Shown piece by piece: positions 46,501 through 60,157 of a stretch of 64,000 nt of DNA. The notes under the pieces were generated by a model, which had not been told where the DNA came from, did no database searches, and was given only the letters and a program-made list of their open reading frames with translations. Where the stretch lies: assembly GCF_050303215.1 (NCBI RefSeq), contig NZ_JBNLBH010000019.1:1-64000 (forward strand). Direction: 5' to 3'. The stretch is from Haliangium sp. (GTDB lineage Bacteria > Myxococcota_A > Polyangia > Haliangiales > Haliangiaceae). Each line of letters starts with the position of its first letter. Within the stretch, counting starts at the first letter, position 1. A program made the translations under genes and the position numbers.

Positions 46501-48660
46501 CGCGTGCCTGCGGCGGGCGTCCTCCGCGGCCTCGATGGCAAACGGCAATGCCCGCACCGGCTCCCCGCCGGCGTCGTAGTGGTAGGCGACCTCGCTGGCC
46601 GAGGCCGGCACCTGGGTCTCCAACTCGGCGGCGGCGGCCACATGGAGGGCGCGCTGCTGGTCCGGGGACAGCCGGTCGAGTACCGCCTCGCGCAGCTTGT
46701 CGTGCACGAAGGTGTAGGTGGTGAGGTCGGCGTTGGCCCACAGGAGCTGCTGCCGGCACGCCTCGGCCAGGGTCTGGTTGACCAGGCGGCGCTCACGTCG
46801 GCTGAGCTCGGCCACGATGTGGGCGGCGAAGTGCCTGCCCAGCACGGCCCCGATCTCGAGCACCGCGAGGGTCTCCTCGGCCAGGTGGGTGAGCCGACGC
46901 TGCAACATCACCGCGCCGTCGGCCGAGGAGCGCATGTCGTCCAGCGCCGACGACTCGACCACCCACGTAGCGCCCTGGTGCTGCAGAGCCCCGACCTCGA
47001 CCAGCCCGCGCAGCAGTGAGGCGGCCAAGAACGGGCTGCCGTCGGCCAAGCGGATCACCGTGGTCGCGATATCGTCGGGCAACGCGCCGGCCATGGACTC
47101 GAGCAACGCGCGCACCTCGGGCTGTCGCAGGGGCGGCAGGACCAGGTGGGTGTCGGTCTCGAGCGCGCGCACGGCGTCGCCCTCGTCGGACCGGAAGGCC
47201 AAGAGCACCAGGGTGTGGCTCGACGCACCGGACCCGCGCGCGACCCGGGTCCGCCACGAGGCCACGGTCTCGAGGGTGCTGGTGTCGGCCCACTGTGCGT
47301 CGTCGATCACGACCACGGCCGGCCGCTCGGCCGTGCCCAGCGCACAGACGTACTCGGTGAGCGCGCGTTGGGTGCGCTCCTGGGCACCGACGGCGACGCC
47401 GAAGTCGCGCTCGGGGACCTCGCCCAAGAGCGAGCGCAGGCCGGGGAACACCTCGTAGCTGGCCTGGAGGTGCTCTTCGAGGGCCTCGCGCAGGCGCGCG
47501 GCCAGCGTCGGCTCGTCTTGGCCCGCGCGCACCACCTCACGCGTCAACCCCTCCAAGGCCTCGTAGGGCAGACCGCCTTCGGCCACCCCTTGGCCACGCA
47601 GCAACCACAGCCCCCGTTGGGTGGCGCGCAGCATGACCTCTTCGAGCAAGCGTGACTTGCCTCCTCCGGAGGGGGCTTCGATGAGCACGAGATCCCCCTT
47701 GCCGGCCCGCGCCGCCTCGAACTGGGTCTCGATGCAGGCGAGCTCCTTGGCCCGGCCGATGAAGCTGGGCTGGGTGAGCGCCAGCCGGCGGTCGGCCAGG
47801 CCCAGGGTCAACTCGGGCTCCGCTTCGCCGCGGGCGAGCCGACGCCCGATCTCCTCGAGATCGACGAGCAACGCCTGCGCAGACTGATATCGCTGCTCGG
47901 GGTCCTTGTGCAACAGCCGCTGGACCAGCTCGTCGAGCACCCGCGGGACCTCGCCGCGGCGCTCGCGTAAAGGCGCCGGGGTTGCGGTCAGGTGATTGCG
48001 CAGCAGCTCGCCCACGTTGTCGCCCAAGAACGGCACCTCCCCGCTCACGCACTGGTAGACGGTGACACCGAGCGAGTACAGGTCGGCCCGGCCGTCGACG
48101 CTGGCGTGGACCATCCCGGCCTCCTCGGGCGAGGCGTAGCGGGCCCGCTGTACCAACATGGCGCGGTCATCGGTCTCGAGGTCGGGCGCCCGGACGCAGC
48201 CGAAGCCGAGCGGATAGAGCCGGTCGTCAGAGGCGATGTGCAGATCGAAGGGCGTGATGCTGCGGTGGACGAGGCCGTTGCGATGGGCGAGGTCGAGCGC
48301 GGCGGTGGCCCGCGTGGCCAACGCCACCGTGTCCGCGACCGACAGCGGCTGGGCGTCGATGCGCGCGCTGAGCAGGTCGCCGTCGAGCCTCGGGGTTACT
48401 TGATAGAGCACATCTCCGTGCAGCCCCGACCCGAGCACGGGGAGGAAGGCGCCATCGGCGACCTCCGAGACGATGACGGCCTCGTCCGCGACCCGGAGCC
48501 TGGTGGCGTGGGGGACGCGCTCGGCCGAGACCGCCTGGAGGATGACCGGGGCGCCCTGACCCATGTCCTCGGCCAAGAACCGCTCGATGCCCGACCAGGC
48601 CGTGGAGAGCCGGCGGGTCAGCCGATAGCGATCAGCGCAGACATCCCCGATATCCAACAT
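43519..48660 (-). CDS. Giant hybrid sensor: degenerate kinase-like (pseudokinase) domain - AAA ATPase - TPR - GAF - histidine kinase (HisKA + HATPase_c)
   Basis: N-terminal kinase-like fold lacks the Gly-loop and VAIK Lys, with HRS replacing HRD and GFG replacing DFG. Walker A IEAPSGGGKSRLLEEV. Long TPR region. GAF-like segment. H-box AEIATGVLHNVGNLLNS. HATPase_c N-box LINLISNAIDAM and G-boxes DNGRGI, GFGLHSS. Start at ATG MLDIGD preceded by RBS gagggaga; the ORF's upstream GTG was rejected. Confidence 0.82.
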   Translation of the reverse strand: MLDIGDVCADRYRLTRRLSTAWSGIERFLAEDMGQGAPVILQAVSAERVPHATRLRVADEAVIVSEVADGAFLPVLGSGLHGDVLYQVTPRLDGDLLSARIDAQPLSVADTVALATRATAALDLAHRNGLVHRSITPFDLHIASDDRLYPLGFGCVRAPDLETDDRAMLVQRARYASPEEAGMVHASVDGRADLYSLGVTVYQCVSGEVPFLGDNVGELLRNHLTATPAPLRERRGEVPRVLDELVQRLLHKDPEQRYQSAQALLVDLEEIGRRLARGEAEPELTLGLADRRLALTQPSFIGRAKELACIETQFEAARAGKGDLVLIEAPSGGGKSRLLEEVMLRATQRGLWLLRGQGVAEGGLPYEALEGLTREVVRAGQDEPTLAARLREALEEHLQASYEVFPGLRSLLGEVPERDFGVAVGAQERTQRALTEYVCALGTAERPAVVVIDDAQWADTSTLETVASWRTRVARGSGASSHTLVLLAFRSDEGDAVRALETDTHLVLPPLRQPEVRALLESMAGALPDDIATTVIRLADGSPFLAASLLRGLVEVGALQHQGATWVVESSALDDMRSSADGAVMLQRRLTHLAEETLAVLEIGAVLGRHFAAHIVAELSRRERRLVNQTLAEACRQQLLWANADLTTYTFVHDKLREAVLDRLSPDQQRALHVAAAAELETQVPASASEVAYHYDAGGEPVRALPFAIEAAEDARRRHALSVAESLYRVALRGEEAADQAMARRIQLGLADILLLQGRFDEAEGHLEAGRQLAESHEQRVEVESQFGKHFHQRCNFPKAVEHLERSLVMRGVSLPRRPTWVALRLLKEVGVQVLHRVFPRWLRARGPLDRAEHDLGVALDLVRLSYTWLFLGNPKASLWAVLRAVNQAERYLPGATLGEAYGFITFAGSMGLGYDAVAYYGEGALDYSRRFGNLFQEGLSHARVGSAMFWMARWDESLHHAEIAVRMFERAGEAFEGGSALYVASMAAFRLGDLRAGLAYARRLYDDGVARQLPQGFATGLAIWAFASGGQVPEQAFETDMPGVEDDLVRRQCLYLARGVCCYYRGDSRAAVELLEQASNAHDRFTASVATSMTVLPWYATVLRRAALETPPHAPAERRGFLRRARRAARQGLKTAGRLPAGHPHALRELGLLAAYDDEPGEARRLLDQSLAEARRQQARIEEAYTLWMRGRVGLSLGWEDADVDLAKGRTTLRELGAGFILAAEGDEGISGGAEGFSLSLADRFTTIQEQGRRIAAALSRDAVFDATHEAGKTLLRGDVAVVLMRASDAPDAPWRPVAGDVGRTDIEPELLRRAAESGQPLIAADDEELSGVDEVGIRSALGVPIKERGRCAAVLLVEHHGVAGLYGDEEARLGEYIATLAGAALENAAGFAEVQELSRSLEQRVVERTAELADSNVKLQDSLRQLHEAQQRLIRMSREAGMAEIATGVLHNVGNLLNSLQTSTFVAIERLQASSIDSVSRSSALLDQHQGDLVAFFVHDRRGQRFPELLQRLGERLIDERDQVLVEMQRIQELIGHIKKVVQAQQVYATRASVKEECALTALVEEALELQAERLARHQVTVVRELAELPSFALERHKLVQILINLISNAIDAMVEVPAGERRLSVRVRAHDGDSSPPIAHVDVADNGRGIARENLVRVFQYGFTTKADGHGFGLHSSVLAANEMGGALRCSSDGPGTGATFTLDLPMQPA

Positions 48661-49114
48661 ATGAGTGTGTTCTCCCTCTGAGTGGACCCATTTCGCTGCG
48701 TCCGCGAGCGACCGTATTCGCGCCGACGACCTCGTCCCCACGCCGAACGAGCGCGATGGCCGCGCCCGCCAGTGAAGACTCGTACGCTCGCCTCATGGCA
48801 GGACAGACGGTCCGCCGAGACGAGCCGAGTGACCAGCGAGGCACGTCAATCACTGCGAGGTGGTACGGATCGCGGTCGCGCGCCGCCAAGGAATCTGGAC
48901 GCGATGAAACCATTCTCGACCGTCCGTGCAAAAACGACAACCGAAATCGGTACCGCGCGCGCCACCCGTGCTCGCGCGCAGTTCCCACCCGCGCTCGCGC
49001 GCAGTTCGATGTCCACACGAGGAAGTCGTGCGCCCGCAGTGCGCGCCGACCCACCGAGGCCAGATCAGGTCAGACCAGGACAGACCCGACCAGCTCAGGC
49101 CAAACCAATTCGGG

Positions 49115-49147
49115 CCCGCTCAAGGCCCGCTCAAGGCCCGCTCAAGG
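49115..49147. repeat. 11-bp x3 tandem repeat cccgctcaagg overlapping the DsbA-like stop codon
   Basis: Read directly. An additional imperfect 22-23-bp x2 tandem repeat (ccacccgYgctcgcgcgcagtt) lies at 48962..49006 in the same intergenic region. Confidence 0.85.
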
Positions 49148-50728
49148 AAGATCCACCCCAAACGGCCTGCACTGCACCCGCACTCCTGGCGGCGCCGGCG
49201 TGCCCATCTGGCGATACAGCCGCTGCGCGCGGGCGTCGTCCCGGGCTCGACAGGCCTGCAGCAGGGCCGCACGACCCGTGCCCGGATCCCCCGCGGCGGC
49301 CCCGACCGCGGCCCCGACCACGGGCCGCTCCCGCCCCGCGACGTCGTCGCCGCCCACCTGTTCGAGCAGCGCGCGATACACCGCCGCCGGCGCCACCCCG
49401 GCCGCGATCAAAGCCTCGGCCTCGGCCATCTTGGGCCGGAACACGTGCCGATCGAGCACATCGAAGGGTGCCGCGCCCGGGATCGGAGTGCCGTTGACGA
49501 ACATCGTCGGCGTCCCCCGCACCCCCAGCGCCTTGCCCGCGGCCGCGTCGGCCGCCACCTGCTCGAAGTAGCGCCGGTCGTCGAGCGCGGCCCGGAACCG
49601 GTCCATGTCCAGGCCCGCGGCGCGGGCGTGGCGCTCCAGGTCGGCCCGCGACAGCGCCTCCGGCTCGGCGAACACGCGGTCGTAAAACGCCCATAGTCGC
49701 CCCTGGGCCGCCGCCGCCACCGCCGCCTCGGCCGCGAGCTGGGCCCGGGGGTGGAACGACAGCGGCAGGTGCCGCAGCACGACCCGCACCCGGTCCCCAT
49801 AGACCGCGCGCAGCTCCTGCAAGGTCGGGTGGAGCCGAGCGCAGTACGGACACTCGAAGTCCGAAAACACCACCACCGTGAGCGGCGCGTCCGCCGGCCC
49901 CAGGGCGTGCCCGGGCAAGCCGTCACCGACTTCGTACAACGAGGCGGAATCGAGCGCGGTCGGGCGGTAGCGAGGGTCGAACTCGTCCGGCGCGTCCTCG
50001 GGCCGAGCCCCCTGCGCCAGCCCACCCGCGGTCACGGCGTCATAGACCTCGGCCGCGGCCACGCCCTGGGCCACCAAGGCCCGCGCCCGCGCCAGCTCCT
50101 CCTCGACGATGCGCGCGAACACCTCCAGCGGCATCGCCCCGACCACGGGCCGACCGTTGATGAAGAAGCTGGGCGTGCTGTACACGCCCAGGTGCTCGGC
50201 CGACGCCGCGTCGGCCTCGATCGCCGGGCGGTGTCGGTGCTGGTCCAGGTCGCGCCGAAACCGACCCACATCCAGCCCCAGCGCGGCCGCAAAGTCCTCG
50301 ACCTGGGCTCGCCCGGGGTGGCCGCCGGCCGCGAAGATCAGCTCGTGCATGGGCCAGAACGCGCCCTGCGCCCCCGCCGCCATGGACGCCTCCGCGGCCA
50401 GACCGGCGTCGTCGAGGTCGAGCGGGTTGTGGCGATACACTCGCCGGATCTGGCCCGGAAACAGCCGCTCGAGGTCGGCCAGGGTCTCTTGCACCCGCCC
50501 GCAGTACGGACAGATGAAGTCCGAAAACTCGACGATCGTGACCAGGGCGTCGTCCGGCCCCCGTCGGGGACCGTCTCCGAGCGGGACGAGATACGTCTGG
50601 GCCGGGTCGAACACGCGCGGCTCCCGCGCCTGGGCCGGCGCCGGCGTCCACGCCCACGCGATCGCACACGCGCTCAAGGCCACCAGGCCCAGGCCCAGGC
50701 GGCGGCGCCCGCGCATCCGAACAGACAT
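49142..50728 (-). CDS. Secreted protein with two tandem DsbA-like thioredoxin domains
   Basis: Signal peptide. Two CPYC active-site motifs (FICPYCGR, FECPYCAR), each in a DsbA-like context. Confidence 0.82.
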   Translation of the reverse strand: MSVRMRGRRRLGLGLVALSACAIAWAWTPAPAQAREPRVFDPAQTYLVPLGDGPRRGPDDALVTIVEFSDFICPYCGRVQETLADLERLFPGQIRRVYRHNPLDLDDAGLAAEASMAAGAQGAFWPMHELIFAAGGHPGRAQVEDFAAALGLDVGRFRRDLDQHRHRPAIEADAASAEHLGVYSTPSFFINGRPVVGAMPLEVFARIVEEELARARALVAQGVAAAEVYDAVTAGGLAQGARPEDAPDEFDPRYRPTALDSASLYEVGDGLPGHALGPADAPLTVVVFSDFECPYCARLHPTLQELRAVYGDRVRVVLRHLPLSFHPRAQLAAEAAVAAAAQGRLWAFYDRVFAEPEALSRADLERHARAAGLDMDRFRAALDDRRYFEQVAADAAAGKALGVRGTPTMFVNGTPIPGAAPFDVLDRHVFRPKMAEAEALIAAGVAPAAVYRALLEQVGGDDVAGRERPVVGAAVGAAAGDPGTGRAALLQACRARDDARAQRLYRQMGTPAPPGVRVQCRPFGVDLP

Positions 50729-50829
50729 CGACGTCAGCGTTGATTCCACAGCCATTGCGGGAGGCTAGCGAATCCCGCCGCGATGGGCCACAGCCTTCGC
50801 GGGTTTTGATCTCGTAACCACGGTACCTC

Positions 50830-52296
50830 GTGTTACGCTATCGTCACCGGGCCATGACACCATCAGCGAGCCAAGCACGACAGCGCCCAGCCGTCGGCGC
50901 GAGCGAGCCGGCGGCTTTCGGTCTCGGCAGCCTGGGCTTGCTGATGCAGCTCGGCGGCGGAACCGGGATCGTCGTGGCGCTGCTGGCAGCGGTGCCGGCC
51001 GCGGCCCAGGGCGGCCACGGCAGCCAAGTGGTGTTCTTCTTCGCCCTGCTGTACGGGGTCCGGGCGGCCTTCCAGCGCGCCGCCGGCAACGTCGTGCTGT
51101 ACGCGACCGACACCAGCCCCAGACGCGCCATCGCCACCTATGTATGGGTGGCAGCGTGTCACAGCGCGGTCATGGTGCTGCTGCTGCGCGAGCACCTCGA
51201 CGCCACCACCCTGGCCCGGGTGGCGATGCTGCTCATGGCCTGGCCCGCGGTCTTGCTGGTGTATGTGTCGCTCCCGCGCGTGCGCGCGCAGCAACCCGCG
51301 CGCGCGCTCATGCCGAGCCGCCCGGTGAGCGCGGACCGAGACTTGGCCGGCGCGGCCGTGCTCATGGCCGTGCTCGGCGGCGTCGGCGCGGCCGGGGCGG
51401 CCGTGTTCATGGCGGTGTTGACCCTCGGTGACGGCACCCGGGACGTGGCCGCGCCCCAGGGCATGGCAATGCTGCACGGCCTGACCTGCACAGGGCCGCT
51501 CGGCCCCGGGGCCTGGTCGCTCGACAGCGTCGCCCTGGCCCGTTGGGCCGGCATCGCCGCGGCCGCCCTGCTCCTGGCCCGGTCGGTGATCCACATCCGG
51601 GCCGGGCTCGGCGCCCTCCGCGGCCACGACGCCGACACCCGAATGGCCCCTGGCGTGCGCTACTGCGCGGTGGCGCGGGCGAGCGCGCGCGCGGCCGCCG
51701 TAATCCTCGGGATCGCGGTTCTGGCCGCCACCGGCGACATCGCCGCGGCCGCCCTGACCACGGCCGGGGCCGGCATGGCCCTGCGCTCGTGGCCGACCAT
51801 CCTGCTGCGACTGTACAGCGAGCGCCGCTTCGAGGCCTACCTCGCCGAGGAGAGCGGCGGCGCCGGCGGCTGTGGACCCGACAGCGGCCTGCAGGCCCTG
51901 GGCTGGGTGCTGCTCGGTTTGGGCGCGATCGCGCTCGGGCAGTGGCTGGCCGGGCTGCCGGCGGCGGCCGCCCATGGCCCGCTGGAGCCGTGGGCAGCGA
52001 TGGACGCCGTGCCCTGGCGCGTGGCCGCGCTCGCCGGGCTCGCGCTGTGGGCCGGGGCCGCGCTGGTGGGTGCCCGACCACGGGGACCGCGGTGGGCGAG
52101 TTGGTGCGCGCTCATGGGGCTCGCCGACGCCGCAGCGTGGGCCGTGGACGCGCTCGGCGGGCACCTTCCCAGCATGGCCGGCGGGCTGCTGTGGGCCCTG
52201 GAGCTCGCGGTCGCGCTGGTCACCTTGATGCTGGTGGCGCGCACCCGCTCGCGTCTGCCGGTGGCGCGTGTGGGCCCGGGCCGGCGCCCGGCCTGA
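50830..52296 (+). CDS. Hypothetical polytopic membrane protein
   Basis: At least 10 hydrophobic helices and high GC3 on this strand. The antisense ORF 50863..52164 is Arg/Gly/Pro junk. Confidence 0.5.
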   Translation: MLRYRHRAMTPSASQARQRPAVGASEPAAFGLGSLGLLMQLGGGTGIVVALLAAVPAAAQGGHGSQVVFFFALLYGVRAAFQRAAGNVVLYATDTSPRRAIATYVWVAACHSAVMVLLLREHLDATTLARVAMLLMAWPAVLLVYVSLPRVRAQQPARALMPSRPVSADRDLAGAAVLMAVLGGVGAAGAAVFMAVLTLGDGTRDVAAPQGMAMLHGLTCTGPLGPGAWSLDSVALARWAGIAAAALLLARSVIHIRAGLGALRGHDADTRMAPGVRYCAVARASARAAAVILGIAVLAATGDIAAAALTTAGAGMALRSWPTILLRLYSERRFEAYLAEESGGAGGCGPDSGLQALGWVLLGLGAIALGQWLAGLPAAAAHGPLEPWAAMDAVPWRVAALAGLALWAGAALVGARPRGPRWASWCALMGLADAAAWAVDALGGHLPSMAGGLLWALELAVALVTLMLVARTRSRLPVARVGPGRRPA

Positions 52297-52311
52297 ACCA
52301 GCGCGCTCGGG

Positions 52312-53586
52312 TCAGGCGTCGGCCAACCACCCACCGAGCCGCTCGGCGGCCTCGCACACCCGGTTGCAGTGGGCCCGCAGGAAGGCCTCATCGGGACTCG
52401 TGTCCGGCGTCAGCGCGGCCAGCGCGGCCTCGCCGTCGAAGTCGACGTAGGCCAGGCGGAAGCTCAGTTCTGCGGCCGGTCGTCCGAACTCCTGGCCGGC
52501 GAGCACGGCCACCCCGGTGTCCTCGAGCAGGCGCCGGCACAGCTCCTGGCTGCCGTGGATCCCGCGCGCGGCCAGGCGCTCGCGCTGGGGCTCGAAGTCC
52601 GGGAACAGATAAAACCCACCCTCGGGCGCCGCGCAGCCCGCCCCGGCGGCGCCCAAGCACGCGGCCACCCACTGCCCCAGCGCGCCCAACAGCCGGCGCG
52701 AGGCGTCGAGGTATCCGTCCAGCTCGGCCCCGCCCGCGAAGGCCCGCACCGCGGCGTACTGAATCGGCGCGCTGGCGGTGGTGAAGGTCTCGCTGGCCGC
52801 GAACGACATGGCGTCGACCAGCCGGTCCAGCCCGGGCGGGAACAAGAAGGTGCCCAGACGCCAGCCCCCGGCCCCGCACCACTTGCTCAGCCCCGACGAC
52901 ACGATCGTCCCCTCGGGGTAGAAGCGGGCCATGGACACATGCTCACCCCGGTGGTGCAGCTCGCCGTAGATCTCGTCCGAGAGCACCAACAGGCGGTAGC
53001 GGCGCGCCACCTCGGCCAGGGCTGCCAACTCGTCGGCGTCGAGGGTGGTACCGACCGGGTTGGACGGGTAGTTCAGGATCAAGAGCCGGGGCCGGTCGGG
53101 GTCGGCGCGGCAGGCGGCGTCGAGGGCCTCGGGGCGCAGCCGCCAGCCGTCCTCGGGGTGGGTGTCGACCATGTCGACCGCGCGGCCGAGGATACGCGCC
53201 TGAGGCGCGTACGACACCCACGCCGGCGAGGGCAACAGCAGGTCGCCGTAGCACACGAGCTGGAGCAGGAACATCAGCTCCTTGGAGCCGGGCCCGATGA
53301 GCACCTGCGCGGCCGAGCGCCCGAGCCCGTCGCGGCGGTCGTGAAACTCGGCCACGGCCGCGCGCAGCTCGGCCAACCCGCGCACGGGCAGGTAGTCCTT
53401 GCGGTGGGCGTTGTCGCGCAGCGCCTGCACCACCGGCTCCGGCACCGGGAAGGGCGACTGCCCAAACCCGAGCTTGAACACCTGCCGGCCCTGCCGAGAC
53501 AGCTCGTGGCTGCGCTCGTTGATCGCGACGGTGGCCGAGTCCGACCCGCCGCGCACACGTAAATCGAGGTGGACGCGCGCAGACAT
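52312..53586 (-). CDS. PLP-dependent aminotransferase class I/II (aspartate/aromatic aminotransferase-like)
   Basis: [20 protein letters not shown] and [15 protein letters not shown] (PLP Lys). ORF trimmed to M at 53586. Confidence 0.8.
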   Translation of the reverse strand: MSARVHLDLRVRGGSDSATVAINERSHELSRQGRQVFKLGFGQSPFPVPEPVVQALRDNAHRKDYLPVRGLAELRAAVAEFHDRRDGLGRSAAQVLIGPGSKELMFLLQLVCYGDLLLPSPAWVSYAPQARILGRAVDMVDTHPEDGWRLRPEALDAACRADPDRPRLLILNYPSNPVGTTLDADELAALAEVARRYRLLVLSDEIYGELHHRGEHVSMARFYPEGTIVSSGLSKWCGAGGWRLGTFLFPPGLDRLVDAMSFAASETFTTASAPIQYAAVRAFAGGAELDGYLDASRRLLGALGQWVAACLGAAGAGCAAPEGGFYLFPDFEPQRERLAARGIHGSQELCRRLLEDTGVAVLAGQEFGRPAAELSFRLAYVDFDGEAALAALTPDTSPDEAFLRAHCNRVCEAAERLGGWLADA

Positions 53587-53704
53587 GGCCCGAGCGTAGG
53601 CCCTCGGTCGGGGCCTCGTCCACGACCGCGGCCGTCTGCTTCCCCGAAATGCAAAAGAGCCCGGCGAGGGCCGGGCTCTGTCCGCGGTTGGGGACGACCG
53701 GCGG

Positions 53705-55018
<1,314 letters not shown>

Positions 55019-55039
55019 GATGATAAGCCTCCTCAGGTC

Positions 55040-57970
<2,931 letters not shown>

Positions 57971-58180
57971 AGTTTTGCTACTCCCAGTTCGTCTGATGCA
58001 TTGGGGACTGCGACGCGATGCGGCCTACCCTATCCCAGATTTGGGCCACGTTGCCAAGTCCTTGCACCCAAGTGAATAGGTGACAGACCGCCGAAAATGC
58101 GGTGGATGGCGCTAGGATCGACCTAAATTCAGTAATTCGACTTACCAGCTAACGCGAAGCCGACACATGACGCAGCGCGC

Positions 58181-58287
58181 CCCGACACCTGCGGTTCGGT
58201 CAGGTCGAGCTGCTCACCAGACACTGCCCACAACGTTGGCAAGTACGGCACCCGACACCTGCGGTTCGGTCAGGTCGAGCTGCTCAC
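58181..58287. repeat. 37-bp perfect direct repeat x2 (cccgacacctgcggttcggtcaggtcgagctgctcac) separated by 33 bp
   Basis: Copies at 58181..58217 and 58251..58287. The second copy contains the tsaE stop codon. Each copy holds an acctg/caggt inverted repeat. Confidence 0.9.
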
Positions 58288-58761
58288 AGCATCCGCCCAG
58301 GCCGTGGCCAGCACACCTCCGCGCCGGCCGTGTCCGATCGCCGAGACCCGACGCGCGTGCGCACCCGCGATATCGAGCCGGATCTCGAGAAAGTCGCGGC
58401 CCAGCACCGGATAGCGATCGCACCACTCGACGCACACAACGCCGTCGGCGCGGCGGCAGATCTCGTCGAGGCCGAGCTCGTCGAGATCGCGCGCGCGATC
58501 GATGCGGTACAGGTCGACGTGATACAGCGACACGGCGCCGCCGTGGTACTCGTTGATCAGGGTGAAGGTCGGGCTCGTCACTCGAACCTCGGGCGGGATC
58601 CGCAGGCCGCGGGCCAGGGCCTGGACCAGCAGCGTCTTGCCCGCGCCCAGCTCGCCGATCAAGCCGATGAGGTCGCCGGGCTGCAGCAGCTCGGCCAAGC
58701 GCCCGGCGAGTTCCGCCGTGGCCTCCGGAGTCGAGCACAGGTGATCGCGCAGCTCGGCCAT
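58270..58761 (-). CDS. tsaE: tRNA threonylcarbamoyladenosine biosynthesis ATPase TsaE
   Basis: GELGAGKTLLVQALARGL P-loop, a TSPTFTLINEY motif and LYHVDLYRI, characteristic of TsaE/YjeE. Confidence 0.8.
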   Translation of the reverse strand: MAELRDHLCSTPEATAELAGRLAELLQPGDLIGLIGELGAGKTLLVQALARGLRIPPEVRVTSPTFTLINEYHGGAVSLYHVDLYRIDRARDLDELGLDEICRRADGVVCVEWCDRYPVLGRDFLEIRLDIAGAHARRVSAIGHGRRGGVLATAWADAVSSST

Positions 58762-58954
58762 CGAGGGCCACCAAGGTACGTCAAAGTCGGCACTTGCGCA
58801 CTCTTTGTTGCGATCTCTTTGCGCGGAGCAGACCCGAGCAGCTTTGGTTCCAATATCGCACGCTCCGGATTGGACAGCGGACGCCGAAGTCGGTCGTACC
58901 GGGGCCCATTTCGCGTGATCGTGGCCAATTTCGGCTTGAATCCGATCCGATCGA

Positions 58955-60037
<1,083 letters not shown>

Positions 60038-60157
60038 GCCGTCACCGCGGTCGCCCGACCGCCGCGGTCGCCCGACCGGCACGGTCGGCACGGTCGCCCG
60101 AGCCGACGAGCAGCTTGTGAGGCGAGCCGACCCCGGGCTCGTGTACTATGCGCGCTC

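Noticed and set aside
48682-49696. Three overlapping plus-strand ORFs (271, 271, 256 aa) and minus ORF 49131..49853
   Set aside because: Span an intergenic repeat region and the DsbA-like gene out of frame. Arg/Pro/Ala homopolymer-like translations.
50863-52164. 433-aa minus-strand ORF
   Set aside because: Antisense to the polytopic membrane protein 50830..52296. Arg/Gly/Pro/His-rich with no hydrophobic or domain structure.
58181-58287. CRISPR array?
   Set aside because: Only two repeat copies, one inside tsaE coding sequence, and no cas genes in the window. Reported as a direct-repeat finding instead.
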